Source of the DNA: a virus
Lineage: Duplodnaviria; Caudoviricetes
Virus record (IMG/VR): IMGVR_UViG_3300016263_000541
Coordinates: 1 to 32,817 of that record
Strand: one strand, 5' to 3'
DNA length: 32,817 bases
Shown here in pieces: positions 1 to 6,621 of this stretch. Positions within the stretch are counted from its first letter, which is position 1. Every line of letters starts with the position of its first letter. Position numbers and translations under genes: made by a program. The notes under the pieces were generated by a model. The model ran no database searches. It saw only the letters and a list, made by a program, of their open reading frames with translations, and was not told where the DNA came from.

Positions 1-22
1 TGCAACCGCTCCTGCTCCTTCG
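1..22. repeat. Terminal 22-bp direct repeat, copy 1 (circularity overlap)
   Basis: TGCAACCGCTCCTGCTCCTTCG at 1-22 is identical to 32796-32817; an ORF reads in frame across the join. Confidence 0.95.
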
Positions 23-200
23 CCCGCTTGCGCTCGTCGCGGCGCAGCTGCACCACCCGCACCAGCGCGGCGGGGTCGTAGCCTGCGGACTTGATCTCGA
101 CGCGCAGCTCCTTGAGATCAGCCTTCGCCTCGTCGGCGGCGTCGAGCAGGCGGGTCAGGCGGTCGGCGTAGCTCGTCAGGTCGTCGTTGATGCCAGTCAT
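1..200 (-). CDS. gapR: GapR/DUF2312 (UPF0335)-like DNA-binding protein, 5' part (continues at 32795..32741)
   Basis: ATG at 200 overlaps the upstream stop (ATGA). Joined translation: MTGINDDLTSYADRLTRLLDAADEAKADLKELRVEIKSAGYDPAALVRVVQLRRDERKRAKEQERLQAVALYADRLGVQLDLAL (84 aa), matching the DUF2312 pattern L..Y..R..RL...K..GYD...L...V..R...LY...LG. Missing from the ORF track because it spans the ends. Confidence 0.8.
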   Translation of the reverse strand, partial: MTGINDDLTSYADRLTRLLDAADEAKADLKELRVEIKSAGYDPAALVRVVQLRRDERKRAKEQERL

Positions 201-562
201 TCGTCGATCTCCTCCAGATAGACCTCGGCGCGCGGATGCTTGCGATCGAGGTGGTGGTACAGATGCATTTCACGCACCGCGCGGTCGTTGCGGTAGATGC
301 GGCCCTGCAACGCATCCAGCAGCAGGCTCGGATCGAGATCCGGCCTGTTGCTGGCGTAGTGGATGTGAGCGGTCATGCGGATCGGCGCCTTGAGCTGCTG
401 ATCCTCCGGCAGCTCGGGCACCTGACGCGCGACGGCCTCGACATAGGCCAGCGCCTTAGCGGACTTGATCACCCGCACCCTGCCGCCGATGCGGACCACC
501 CGACGCGAATTGGCTTTTGAGACTGGCTCACCGAAAATGAGGCCCTGCCATTTGCGCTTCAT
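197..562 (-). CDS. rusA: RusA-like Holliday junction resolvase / endodeoxyribonuclease
   Basis: Start MKRKW at 562 (ATGA coupling). Motifs GEPVSKAN, RPDLD..LLLDALQG.IY.NDRAV and a C-terminal PRAEV are typical of the RusA family. Confidence 0.75.
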   Translation of the reverse strand: MKRKWQGLIFGEPVSKANSRRVVRIGGRVRVIKSAKALAYVEAVARQVPELPEDQQLKAPIRMTAHIHYASNRPDLDPSLLLDALQGRIYRNDRAVREMHLYHHLDRKHPRAEVYLEEIDE

Positions 563-1296
563 GGCGTCGTTCCGATCGAGCTGCGGCTCTCCGCCAGCAT
601 AGCGCCGCTGGAGCCCGTCATGCTGCGCATCGAGATTGGCGGCGTCCATCGCAGGAGCTGCTGCGGCCGGATCAGATGCGCCGGGATGTCCTCGAACCGC
701 TTGCCACCCATGAGCCGCGGCCAGAGGCGCTCTGCGCGCGCAACGCTCAGCTCGGGATCGGTCGAAGATGGCGTCGGCGTGGCGTCAACATCTTCGAAAT
801 CCTCGACGCGCGGCGGGTATGGCGCGACCTTGCGGCCGAGCGCGAGTGCTTTGTGGCCTGCCGGCGTCAACGCGACGCGGGCGTCTCCCCAATCGGCCAA
901 GCCGCGCTTGCGAAGCGAATGGATCGCGCTGTTGAGCCGGATGCGATTGGAGATAGTCGAGGCCCATTCGCGCCACGCCTCGATGCTGGCTTCGCCGCCC
1001 TGAGCGTCCATCCACTCGCAGATCACTCGGGTGAAGCCAGCCGAAACCGCCGCCCGATAGCGCGAGCCGCGTACCGGCTTCATCGACGCAAACCAGTATG
1101 TCCAGCCGGTTTCCGGCGGGCGGGTCGGGACGAAGTTGCTGTCCACGATGCGTCGCCGCTTGAGATGCGCCAGCGAGCCGAGGATCGCCGCGCGGTCCAT
1201 TTGAGGAAGCGCCGCGCATAGATCCGAAGTAGTGGCCCGGCCACCGGCAGCGCGCAACGCGTTGGTAACCAGCTCGATCGCGGTCACCCGGTTCAT
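559..1296 (-). CDS. Hypothetical protein with probable winged-helix domain(s)
   Basis: Start MNRVTAIEL at 1296 coupled to the upstream stop. Two wHTH-like segments: ATTSDLCAALPQMDRAAILGSLAHLKRRRIV and RLNSAIHSLRKRGLA...VALTPAG. Confidence 0.6.
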   Translation of the reverse strand: MNRVTAIELVTNALRAAGGRATTSDLCAALPQMDRAAILGSLAHLKRRRIVDSNFVPTRPPETGWTYWFASMKPVRGSRYRAAVSAGFTRVICEWMDAQGGEASIEAWREWASTISNRIRLNSAIHSLRKRGLADWGDARVALTPAGHKALALGRKVAPYPPRVEDFEDVDATPTPSSTDPELSVARAERLWPRLMGGKRFEDIPAHLIRPQQLLRWTPPISMRSMTGSSGAMLAESRSSIGTTP

Positions 1297-1496
1297 CGCC
1301 TCGCCTCGGGCTGCGTGGCCGCCGCCGGATCGAACCGCAAACGCTTCTTGCGCGCGATCTGAAGCGCCTGGAGCTGGCGCGCGGCGGGCAGCCGTTGACG
1401 ACGCTTCCAATTGGAGATTGCCTGTGGCGTCGTCGCGAATGCGCGAGCCGCCTGCTGCGTGCCGCCGAGGGCGGCGAGGAAGTCGATCAGGGTCAT
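1293..1496 (-). CDS. Cro/YdaS-like helix-turn-helix regulator
   Basis: 67 aa; LGGTQQAARAFATTPQAISNWKRRQRLP is a Cro-type HTH; first gene of the leftward operon. Confidence 0.8.
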   Translation of the reverse strand: MTLIDFLAALGGTQQAARAFATTPQAISNWKRRQRLPAARQLQALQIARKKRLRFDPAAATQPEARR

Positions 1497-1503
1497 GTCG
1501 CCA

Positions 1504-1533
1504 CGGCTACTACACCCGGCGTGTAGTCGTCAA
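1504..1533 (-). promoter_or_regulatory. Leftward sigma70-like promoter for cro-like gene (probably leaderless)
   Basis: TTGACG at 1533-1528, weak -10 (TAGTAG/TAGCCG); ATG at 1496 lies at about the expected +1 and has no SD. Confidence 0.5.
1509..1527. promoter_or_regulatory. Operator palindrome O1
   Basis: Perfect inverted repeat ACTACAC-CCGGC-GTGTAGT in the leftward promoter spacer. Confidence 0.7.
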
Positions 1534-1555
1534 GCGGACTATTTGCACGAACCTG

Positions 1556-1583
1556 TTGACGGGCTGCACCGCTGGTGTATGTT
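1556..1583 (+). promoter_or_regulatory. Rightward early promoter with overlapping operator O2
   Basis: TTGACG(1556)-16 nt-TATGTT(1578); TGCAC-N5-GTGTA at 1565-1579 matches the O1 core TACAC-N5-GTGTA. Confidence 0.65.
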
Positions 1584-1625
1584 GTCGGTGTCGCCGCTGT
1601 GGCGACGCAACCGGGGAGACAGACT

Positions 1626-1949
1626 ATGTCGATGATGAGCATGAAGGACACCACCGATCGCGGCGAGACGCACATCCGCAGCGTCGGGTTCCTCGACGAG
1701 TGCGAGGACGCGCTGGACATCATTCGCAGCGCCAAGCTGCGCGCGGCGCACGAGGTGCAGGTGGCGATGGAGCGCCTGCGCGACGTTCTCGCCCAGCAGC
1801 ACGTCCGCATCGGCTGCGACGACAGCGACGACAGCGAGATCCAGTGGGAGGCCGACTGCAAGACCGCGATGGAGGCCGGCGAGTTGATCGCGGACGAGTT
1901 CGCGTACATGACCGAGCGCGAGATCCGCAACCAGATGGACGCCGAGTGA
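1626..1949 (+). CDS. Acidic hypothetical protein, first early gene
   Basis: SD GGGGAG at 1613-1618, ATG at 1626; 107 aa with 26 D/E versus 12 K/R by hand count. Confidence 0.75.
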   Translation: MSMMSMKDTTDRGETHIRSVGFLDECEDALDIIRSAKLRAAHEVQVAMERLRDVLAQQHVRIGCDDSDDSEIQWEADCKTAMEAGELIADEFAYMTEREIRNQMDAE

Positions 1950-2014
1950 TGCGCGACCTCCTCGCCCCCACCCTCATGGGCATCATCCTCGCGCTGATCA
2001 TGGTGCTGGCATGA
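1949..2014 (+). CDS. 21-aa hydrophobic micropeptide
   Basis: MRDLLAPTLMGIILALIMVLA; TGATG overlap upstream and ATGA overlap downstream fill the gap exactly. Confidence 0.55.
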   Translation: MRDLLAPTLMGIILALIMVLA

Positions 2015-2193
2015 CCCGCCCCCTGCCCACCGTCCGCGCCCTGCCCGACACGCCGGGCACCCTGCGCGCGCGCATCCAGCTCCGCGTCGAGCTGGCCCGC
2101 GACCTCGATCCGCACACGCTCGACTACCTGCTGGCTCACCAGCGCATCGCCGCGCTGGAGCACCAGCTCGCCGCCTTGGAGGGCAAGCGATGA
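2011..2193 (+). CDS. Hypothetical protein
   Basis: 60 aa, ATGA-coupled at both ends. Confidence 0.7.
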   Translation: MTRPLPTVRALPDTPGTLRARIQLRVELARDLDPHTLDYLLAHQRIAALEHQLAALEGKR

Positions 2194-2567
2194 CCACCTT
2201 AATCGAAGAGATCCGCGCGCTGCTGGAGGCCGGGCCTCGCGGGCATATACCGCTCGTTGCATATGCGATCGCACATGATGCCCACATCCACCGAGAGCGC
2301 GAGGAACATCGGGCCGAGATCGAAAAGCTGCGCGTGGAGATCGAAGGGCTGCGCGCGCAACTGGAGGAGCACTACATCGCCATGCGCGTCCGACAGCTTG
2401 AGCATGCGCTCGACGCTGAGCGCCAGACCGTGAGACAGCTGCGCGAGGCGCTGACGGACATGCTGAACGGATGGAGGTACATCCGCGAAACCCACGGTGA
2501 TCTCGCCGGGGTCGGCTGGGATCGGGCCGAGCAGAAAGCGTTCTCTGCGCTGGAGGGCCGGCGATGA
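2190..2567 (+). CDS. Hypothetical coiled-coil protein
   Basis: SD GGAGG; heptads RAEIEKLRVEIEGLRAQLEE. Confidence 0.75.
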   Translation: MTTLIEEIRALLEAGPRGHIPLVAYAIAHDAHIHREREEHRAEIEKLRVEIEGLRAQLEEHYIAMRVRQLEHALDAERQTVRQLREALTDMLNGWRYIRETHGDLAGVGWDRAEQKAFSALEGRR

Positions 2568-2716
2568 CCACCGAACGCCGCAAGCTGCTGCGCGTTTACC
2601 GCAGCATGGTCAAGCGCGCGGCCCACGCCCCGCGCGGCAAGAAGCAGTCCCGCCTGGCCGCCCTGCGCGGCTGGGTCCATCGCCAGATGAAGAGGGAGAT
2701 CGACAATGCTCGGTGA
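2564..2716 (+). CDS. Small basic hypothetical protein
   Basis: MTTERRKLLRVYRSMVKRAAHAPRGKKQSRLAALRGWVHRQMKREIDNAR (50 aa); SD GGAGG, ATGA coupling; not in the ORF track. Confidence 0.65.
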   Translation: MTTERRKLLRVYRSMVKRAAHAPRGKKQSRLAALRGWVHRQMKREIDNAR

Positions 2717-3575
2717 AGGCATCCACCACGACGTTTCGTTCGACGCCTACCTGTCCGGCACCGGCATCCCGGCTCCGGCGGTCTCCGGCAGCGACCTCGT
2801 CAACTACGAGACCGAGTGCGCGGCCCATGCCTTCGCGTTCTGGCGCGGCAACCCCGACCGGCTGCACAGCGAGCCGACGCCAGCAATGGCGTTTGGCAGC
2901 GCGGCCCATGCGTACATTCTGGAGGGCGCCGACGCGTTCCACGCGCGCTACGTCGTGCAACCAGAGGAGATCGACCTCCGCACCAAGGTCGGCAAGGCCT
3001 GGCGCGACGAGGTCGGCGATCGGAATTTGATCCGGTTTTCCGATCACATGCGGATTATGGACATGCGCGATGCGCTCATGGCCCAGCCCGACGCGCGCCG
3101 CCTTCTTGAGGCTGGCGGCCGCGCCGAGGTCACGATGATCGCGCGCGATCCCGAAACCGGCCTGACGCTTTTGTGCAGGCCGGACCTCTGGATCGGCAAG
3201 GCCGGGCTGGCGGTCAATTTGAAGACCACCGCGAACCCCGCGCCGTCCTCGTGGCGCAAGACCGCAGCGAACCTGCGGTACGACCTGGGCGACGCGATGT
3301 TCCGCCTCGTCGCCGGGCTGCTCGGCATCCAGCGTCCTGGCCACGCCTTCATGGTGGTCGGTTCGCAGGCGCCGCACCTCGGCTACGTCGCCGCGCTGTC
3401 CGCCGAGGCCGCCAGCGCCGCCGACCAGCAGCTGCGCCAGATCCTGCGCCGCTTCGCGAAATCTGTTGCGGACAACGACTGGCCGGGCTACACCGTCGGT
3501 GTTCTCGAAATCGGCCTCCCGCAGTGGGCGGCCAGCGAGATCGCAACGTCTATCCAGAGGGGATACGCAGCATGA
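2706..3575 (+). CDS. RecE/exonuclease VIII-like PD-(D/E)xK nuclease (DUF3799-type)
   Basis: GIHHDV..DAY, S.S.L, PTPAMAFGSAAHAYILE, AEVT, CRPD, NLKTT, Y.L..A; directly upstream of the annealing protein. Confidence 0.85.
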   Translation: MLGEGIHHDVSFDAYLSGTGIPAPAVSGSDLVNYETECAAHAFAFWRGNPDRLHSEPTPAMAFGSAAHAYILEGADAFHARYVVQPEEIDLRTKVGKAWRDEVGDRNLIRFSDHMRIMDMRDALMAQPDARRLLEAGGRAEVTMIARDPETGLTLLCRPDLWIGKAGLAVNLKTTANPAPSSWRKTAANLRYDLGDAMFRLVAGLLGIQRPGHAFMVVGSQAPHLGYVAALSAEAASAADQQLRQILRRFAKSVADNDWPGYTVGVLEIGLPQWAASEIATSIQRGYAA

Positions 3576-4516
3576 CGACCGACATCGCCACCAACATCGT
3601 GAACCTGCCCGCGGCAGTCACGACGGACTACGACCCGCTCGCGCCGGCCCACTTCGAGCACTCGCAGCGCGTCGCCAAGATGTTCGCCGCGAGCGAGCTC
3701 GTCCCGCCACACCTGCGCGGCAAAATGGCCGACTGCCTCATCGCCTACGCGATCGCCAAGCGCACGCGCGAAGAGCCGCTGGTCGTGCTCCAGAACATCT
3801 ACTTCGTCAGCGGCCGCGCGGGCTGGTCCGCGACGTACATGATCGCGAAGGCGAACCGCTCGGGTGTCTTCGCGCGCCGCATCAACTGGCGCGTCGAGGG
3901 CGAGGGCAAGAACTTGCGCGTGACGGCGTTTGCGACCCTGGCCGACAGCGGCGAGCCGGTCGAGGCGACGGCGTCAATGGCGATGGCCGAGGCCGAGGGC
4001 TGGACGAAGAACCCCAAGTACCGGACGATGCCTGACCAGATGCTGCGCTACCGCAGCGCGACGATGCTGATCCGCCTGTTCGCTCCCGAGGTGATGATGG
4101 GCCTGCCGGTCGCGGACGAGATCGACTACACGCAGGCGCGCGGACCTTCCGGCGCGATCGACATCACCCCGCCCCACGCCTCGTCGCCGCTCGCCGCGGT
4201 CACGCAGGCGATGGACGCCCTCCTCGACAACGTGGAACAAGAGGCCGACAGCAACGCGCCGGCCGTGTCGGATGCGGACCCCGTCCCCCCCGCAGCGGCC
4301 CAGGAAGCCGCCCCGACCGGCGCACTCCCGCAGGAGCTGGCCGAGCGCGCCCGCGCCATCGTCACGGCGATCCGCAAGGCCCAGACGGCCAAGGACATCG
4401 ACCGCGTGCTGCTCGCGCAGCGCGGCAACCTGGACGACATCAGCGCGGCGTCGCCCGAGGCGCATGAGCGCATCATGGAGGAGAGCCGCCGCCGGGTGGC
4501 CGAGGTGGCGGGATGA
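3572..4516 (+). CDS. RecT-like single-strand annealing protein
   Basis: Start at 3572. AKMFAASELVPPHLRGK.ADCLIA, PLVVLQNIYFVSGR, MAMAEAEGW..NPKY..MPDQMLRYR...R..APEV.MG. Confidence 0.8.
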   Translation: MTTDIATNIVNLPAAVTTDYDPLAPAHFEHSQRVAKMFAASELVPPHLRGKMADCLIAYAIAKRTREEPLVVLQNIYFVSGRAGWSATYMIAKANRSGVFARRINWRVEGEGKNLRVTAFATLADSGEPVEATASMAMAEAEGWTKNPKYRTMPDQMLRYRSATMLIRLFAPEVMMGLPVADEIDYTQARGPSGAIDITPPHASSPLAAVTQAMDALLDNVEQEADSNAPAVSDADPVPPAAAQEAAPTGALPQELAERARAIVTAIRKAQTAKDIDRVLLAQRGNLDDISAASPEAHERIMEESRRRVAEVAG

Positions 4517-4761
4517 AGCTAGGAGAACTCCGCAGGATCTGCGACAGGCTTTTGGATGTGCATGGCGAGGATCTGGAGGTGGATTTCGTCTACCCAGTCC
4601 CGCATGCCACACAGAAGCGAACCAAGCTGGGCGGCATCACAAGCTATCAAGTGATGCTTGACGACTCAGGGGCAAGCAGGATGCGGGTTTATCTGAACTA
4701 CGCGCGCGGTCCCGAGGTGACATCGGCTTTTCCGGCTTTGGGGACAGAAGGCCATGACTGA
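4513..4761 (+). CDS. Hypothetical protein
   Basis: 82 aa, SD GAGGTG, ATGA coupling. Confidence 0.7.
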   Translation: MKLGELRRICDRLLDVHGEDLEVDFVYPVPHATQKRTKLGGITSYQVMLDDSGASRMRVYLNYARGPEVTSAFPALGTEGHD

Positions 4762-4912
4762 CGAAAACCCGCACATCCGCGCCGCTGGCGAGGCGTTCGG
4801 GTGGGTAGAGGAGGACCGCTGGGCGAAAGGCCCGGCGGTCTACCTCATCGTCGCCAGCATCATCGGCGCGATGACCGGCGGTGTCGTGATCGTGCTGGCG
4901 GGGTTGCGATGA
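4754..4912 (+). CDS. Small membrane protein
   Basis: MTDENPHIRAAGEAFGWVEEDRWAKGPAVYLIVASIIGAMTGGVVIVLAGLR (52 aa), one C-terminal TM segment; overlaps both neighbours. Confidence 0.65.
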   Translation: MTDENPHIRAAGEAFGWVEEDRWAKGPAVYLIVASIIGAMTGGVVIVLAGLR

Positions 4913-5535
4913 CCCCGCTCCGCGTCCTCGTGGCCTGCGAGTATTCCGGCGTCGTGCGCCGTGCGTTCCTCGCGCGCGGCTGCGATGCGTGGTCGTGCGA
5001 TCTGCTGCCGGCGGAGGACGGGTCGAACCGCCACATCCGCGGCGACGCGCGCGAGCTGCTCCACGACGGCTGGGATCTCCTCATGGTCGCTCACCCGCCA
5101 TGCACCCGGCTGTGCAACAGCGGCGTCCGATGGCTCTCGACGCCGCCGCCGGGCAGGAGCGCGGCGCAGATGGAGCAGGAGCTGCGCGAAGGCGCGGCGC
5201 TGTTCAGCGCGTTCTGGAACGCGCCGATCCCGCGCATCGCGGTCGAGAACCCGGTGATGCACCGGCATGCGAAGGCGCTGATCGAGAACTACGCGGAGCC
5301 GGCGCAGAGCATCCAGCCGTGGCAGTTCGGTCATGGCGAGTGCAAGCGCACCTGCCTCTGGCTGAAGAACCTTCCGCCGCTGCGGCCGACGAACGTCGTC
5401 GCTGGCCGCGAGCAGCGGGTTCACCGTATGCCGCCGAGCCCGACGCGCTGGAAAGAGCGCAGCCGCTTCTATCCCGGCATCGCCGCGGCGATGGCCGACC
5501 AATGGACCGAGCATGCGTGGAGAGCCGCAGCATGA
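4909..5535 (+). CDS. Phage-type DNA cytosine-C5 methyltransferase
   Basis: Start MTPLRVLVACEYSG at 4909; WSCD, GD, HPPCT (catalytic Cys), VENP, QPWQFGH...K.TCLWL. Confidence 0.8.
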   Translation: MTPLRVLVACEYSGVVRRAFLARGCDAWSCDLLPAEDGSNRHIRGDARELLHDGWDLLMVAHPPCTRLCNSGVRWLSTPPPGRSAAQMEQELREGAALFSAFWNAPIPRIAVENPVMHRHAKALIENYAEPAQSIQPWQFGHGECKRTCLWLKNLPPLRPTNVVAGREQRVHRMPPSPTRWKERSRFYPGIAAAMADQWTEHAWRAAA

Positions 5536-5744
5536 CCAACCACCGCGCCCTGGCCGAGCGCATCGCGCGCGAGCGGTGGAATGCCGGGCTTGTGCTCGAT
5601 GGCCGTCGGATCATGACCGGCATCGCCGACTGGGATGGCCTGTCGCAGAACGCACGCGACGAGGTTCTCGCCGGCGTCGAGGCGACGCTGGACGCAATCA
5701 AGGCAGCCGGGCTGGCGGTCGTGGAAATGGAGGATGGGAGATGA
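5532..5744 (+). CDS. Hypothetical protein
   Basis: MTNHRALAERIARERW... 70 aa, ATGA-coupled at both ends. Confidence 0.7.
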   Translation: MTNHRALAERIARERWNAGLVLDGRRIMTGIADWDGLSQNARDEVLAGVEATLDAIKAAGLAVVEMEDGR

Positions 5745-6061
5745 GCGACGACTTAATCACATCTCTGCGCGCATTAGCTGCCGCGCGACACGACGATCTC
5801 TCCATCGCTGTTGATGCGGTGATTGAGATCGAGCGGCAACGCGCGGAGATCGAGCGGCTGCGCGCGACCAACAAACAGTTGGTTGATGGCATCGACACCA
5901 TAACTCGACGCAAGCAGGAAGAGATCGAACGGCAACGCGCGGAGAACGATCGGTTGCGCGAGGTTCTGAGGGATATTGCCAGAACCGATTACACGGATGA
6001 TCCGTTCTGCGAACTCACACCGGAAGGGCTCGTGCGCTGGAGGGCAAGACATGAGCGATAA
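5741..6061 (+). CDS. Hypothetical coiled-coil protein (EIERQRAEIERLR repeats)
   Basis: SD GGAGG, ATG at 5741. Confidence 0.7.
   Translation: MSDDLITSLRALAAARHDDLSIAVDAVIEIERQRAEIERLRATNKQLVDGIDTITRRKQEEIERQRAENDRLREVLRDIARTDYTDDPFCELTPEGLVRWRARHER
5840..5864 (+). repeat. 25-bp exact direct repeat shared with 6234-6258
   Basis: CGCGCGGAGATCGAGCGGCTGCGCG; degenerate copies near 5921, 6156 and 2316. Confidence 0.85.
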
Positions 6062-6323
6062 GATCGAGCAGATCCGCGCGCGGCACAAAGCCGTTACATG
6101 GCGCATCCACGAGCTTCCGAGCCAAATCCACGATGATCGGGAAATGCTGCTGGCCGAGATTGACCGGCAACGCACGGAGATCGAGCGGCTACATCAGGCG
6201 CATCAAGCCGCGTGTGAGGGCGGGGATCTGCTGCGCGCGGAGATCGAGCGGCTGCGCGAGGAGAACGAGAAGCTGCTTGAGATGGTTCGATTTTATGCGG
6301 ATGCGCTGGAGGGCAAGCCATGA
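6051..6323 (+). CDS. Hypothetical coiled-coil protein
   Basis: SD GGAGG, ATG at 6051; MLLAEIDRQRTEIERL...LRAEIERLREENEKL. Confidence 0.7.
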   Translation: MSDKIEQIRARHKAVTWRIHELPSQIHDDREMLLAEIDRQRTEIERLHQAHQAACEGGDLLRAEIERLREENEKLLEMVRFYADALEGKP

Positions 6324-6520
6324 CCCGCCGACGAAAGACCGATGGCGAGCGCATATCAACGTGGGTTTTCAATTGCGGATACGACGAAATCCGTCTTGCC
6401 GCTCGCATCGACCGCCTCGTCCGCAAGCGCATGGCCGAGGCTTGGGACGAGGGATACCTTAGGGGATGGCTGAGAGCGGGTTTCCGATCAGACAACCCAT
6501 ACCGAGGGAGGAGAAAATGA
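6320..6520 (+). CDS. Hypothetical protein
   Basis: 66 aa, AWDEGY..G...NPY motif, ATGA coupling. Confidence 0.7.
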   Translation: MTRRRKTDGERISTWVFNCGYDEIRLAARIDRLVRKRMAEAWDEGYLRGWLRAGFRSDNPYRGRRK

Positions 6521-6621
6521 CCCGCCACCTCGCCGCCTGCGTCGCGGTCGCGAGCTACGTCGCGATGTGGGCTTGTGCGGTTTTGGAGGCGATCCAGTAC
6601 AGCTATTCCTGCTGCGGATGA
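6517..6621 (+). CDS. 34-aa hydrophobic, Cys-containing peptide
   Basis: MTRHLAACVAVASYVAMWACAVLEAIQYSYSCCG; strong SD GGAGG, ATGA coupling; overlaps the endolysin 3' end by 19 nt. Confidence 0.45.
   Translation: MTRHLAACVAVASYVAMWACAVLEAIQYSYSCCG

Noticed and set aside
5825-6270. CRISPR array or diversity-generating retroelement suggested by the repeats
   Set aside because: The repeats are in-frame coding heptads with irregular spacing; no reverse transcriptase or adenine-specific TR/VR pair is visible
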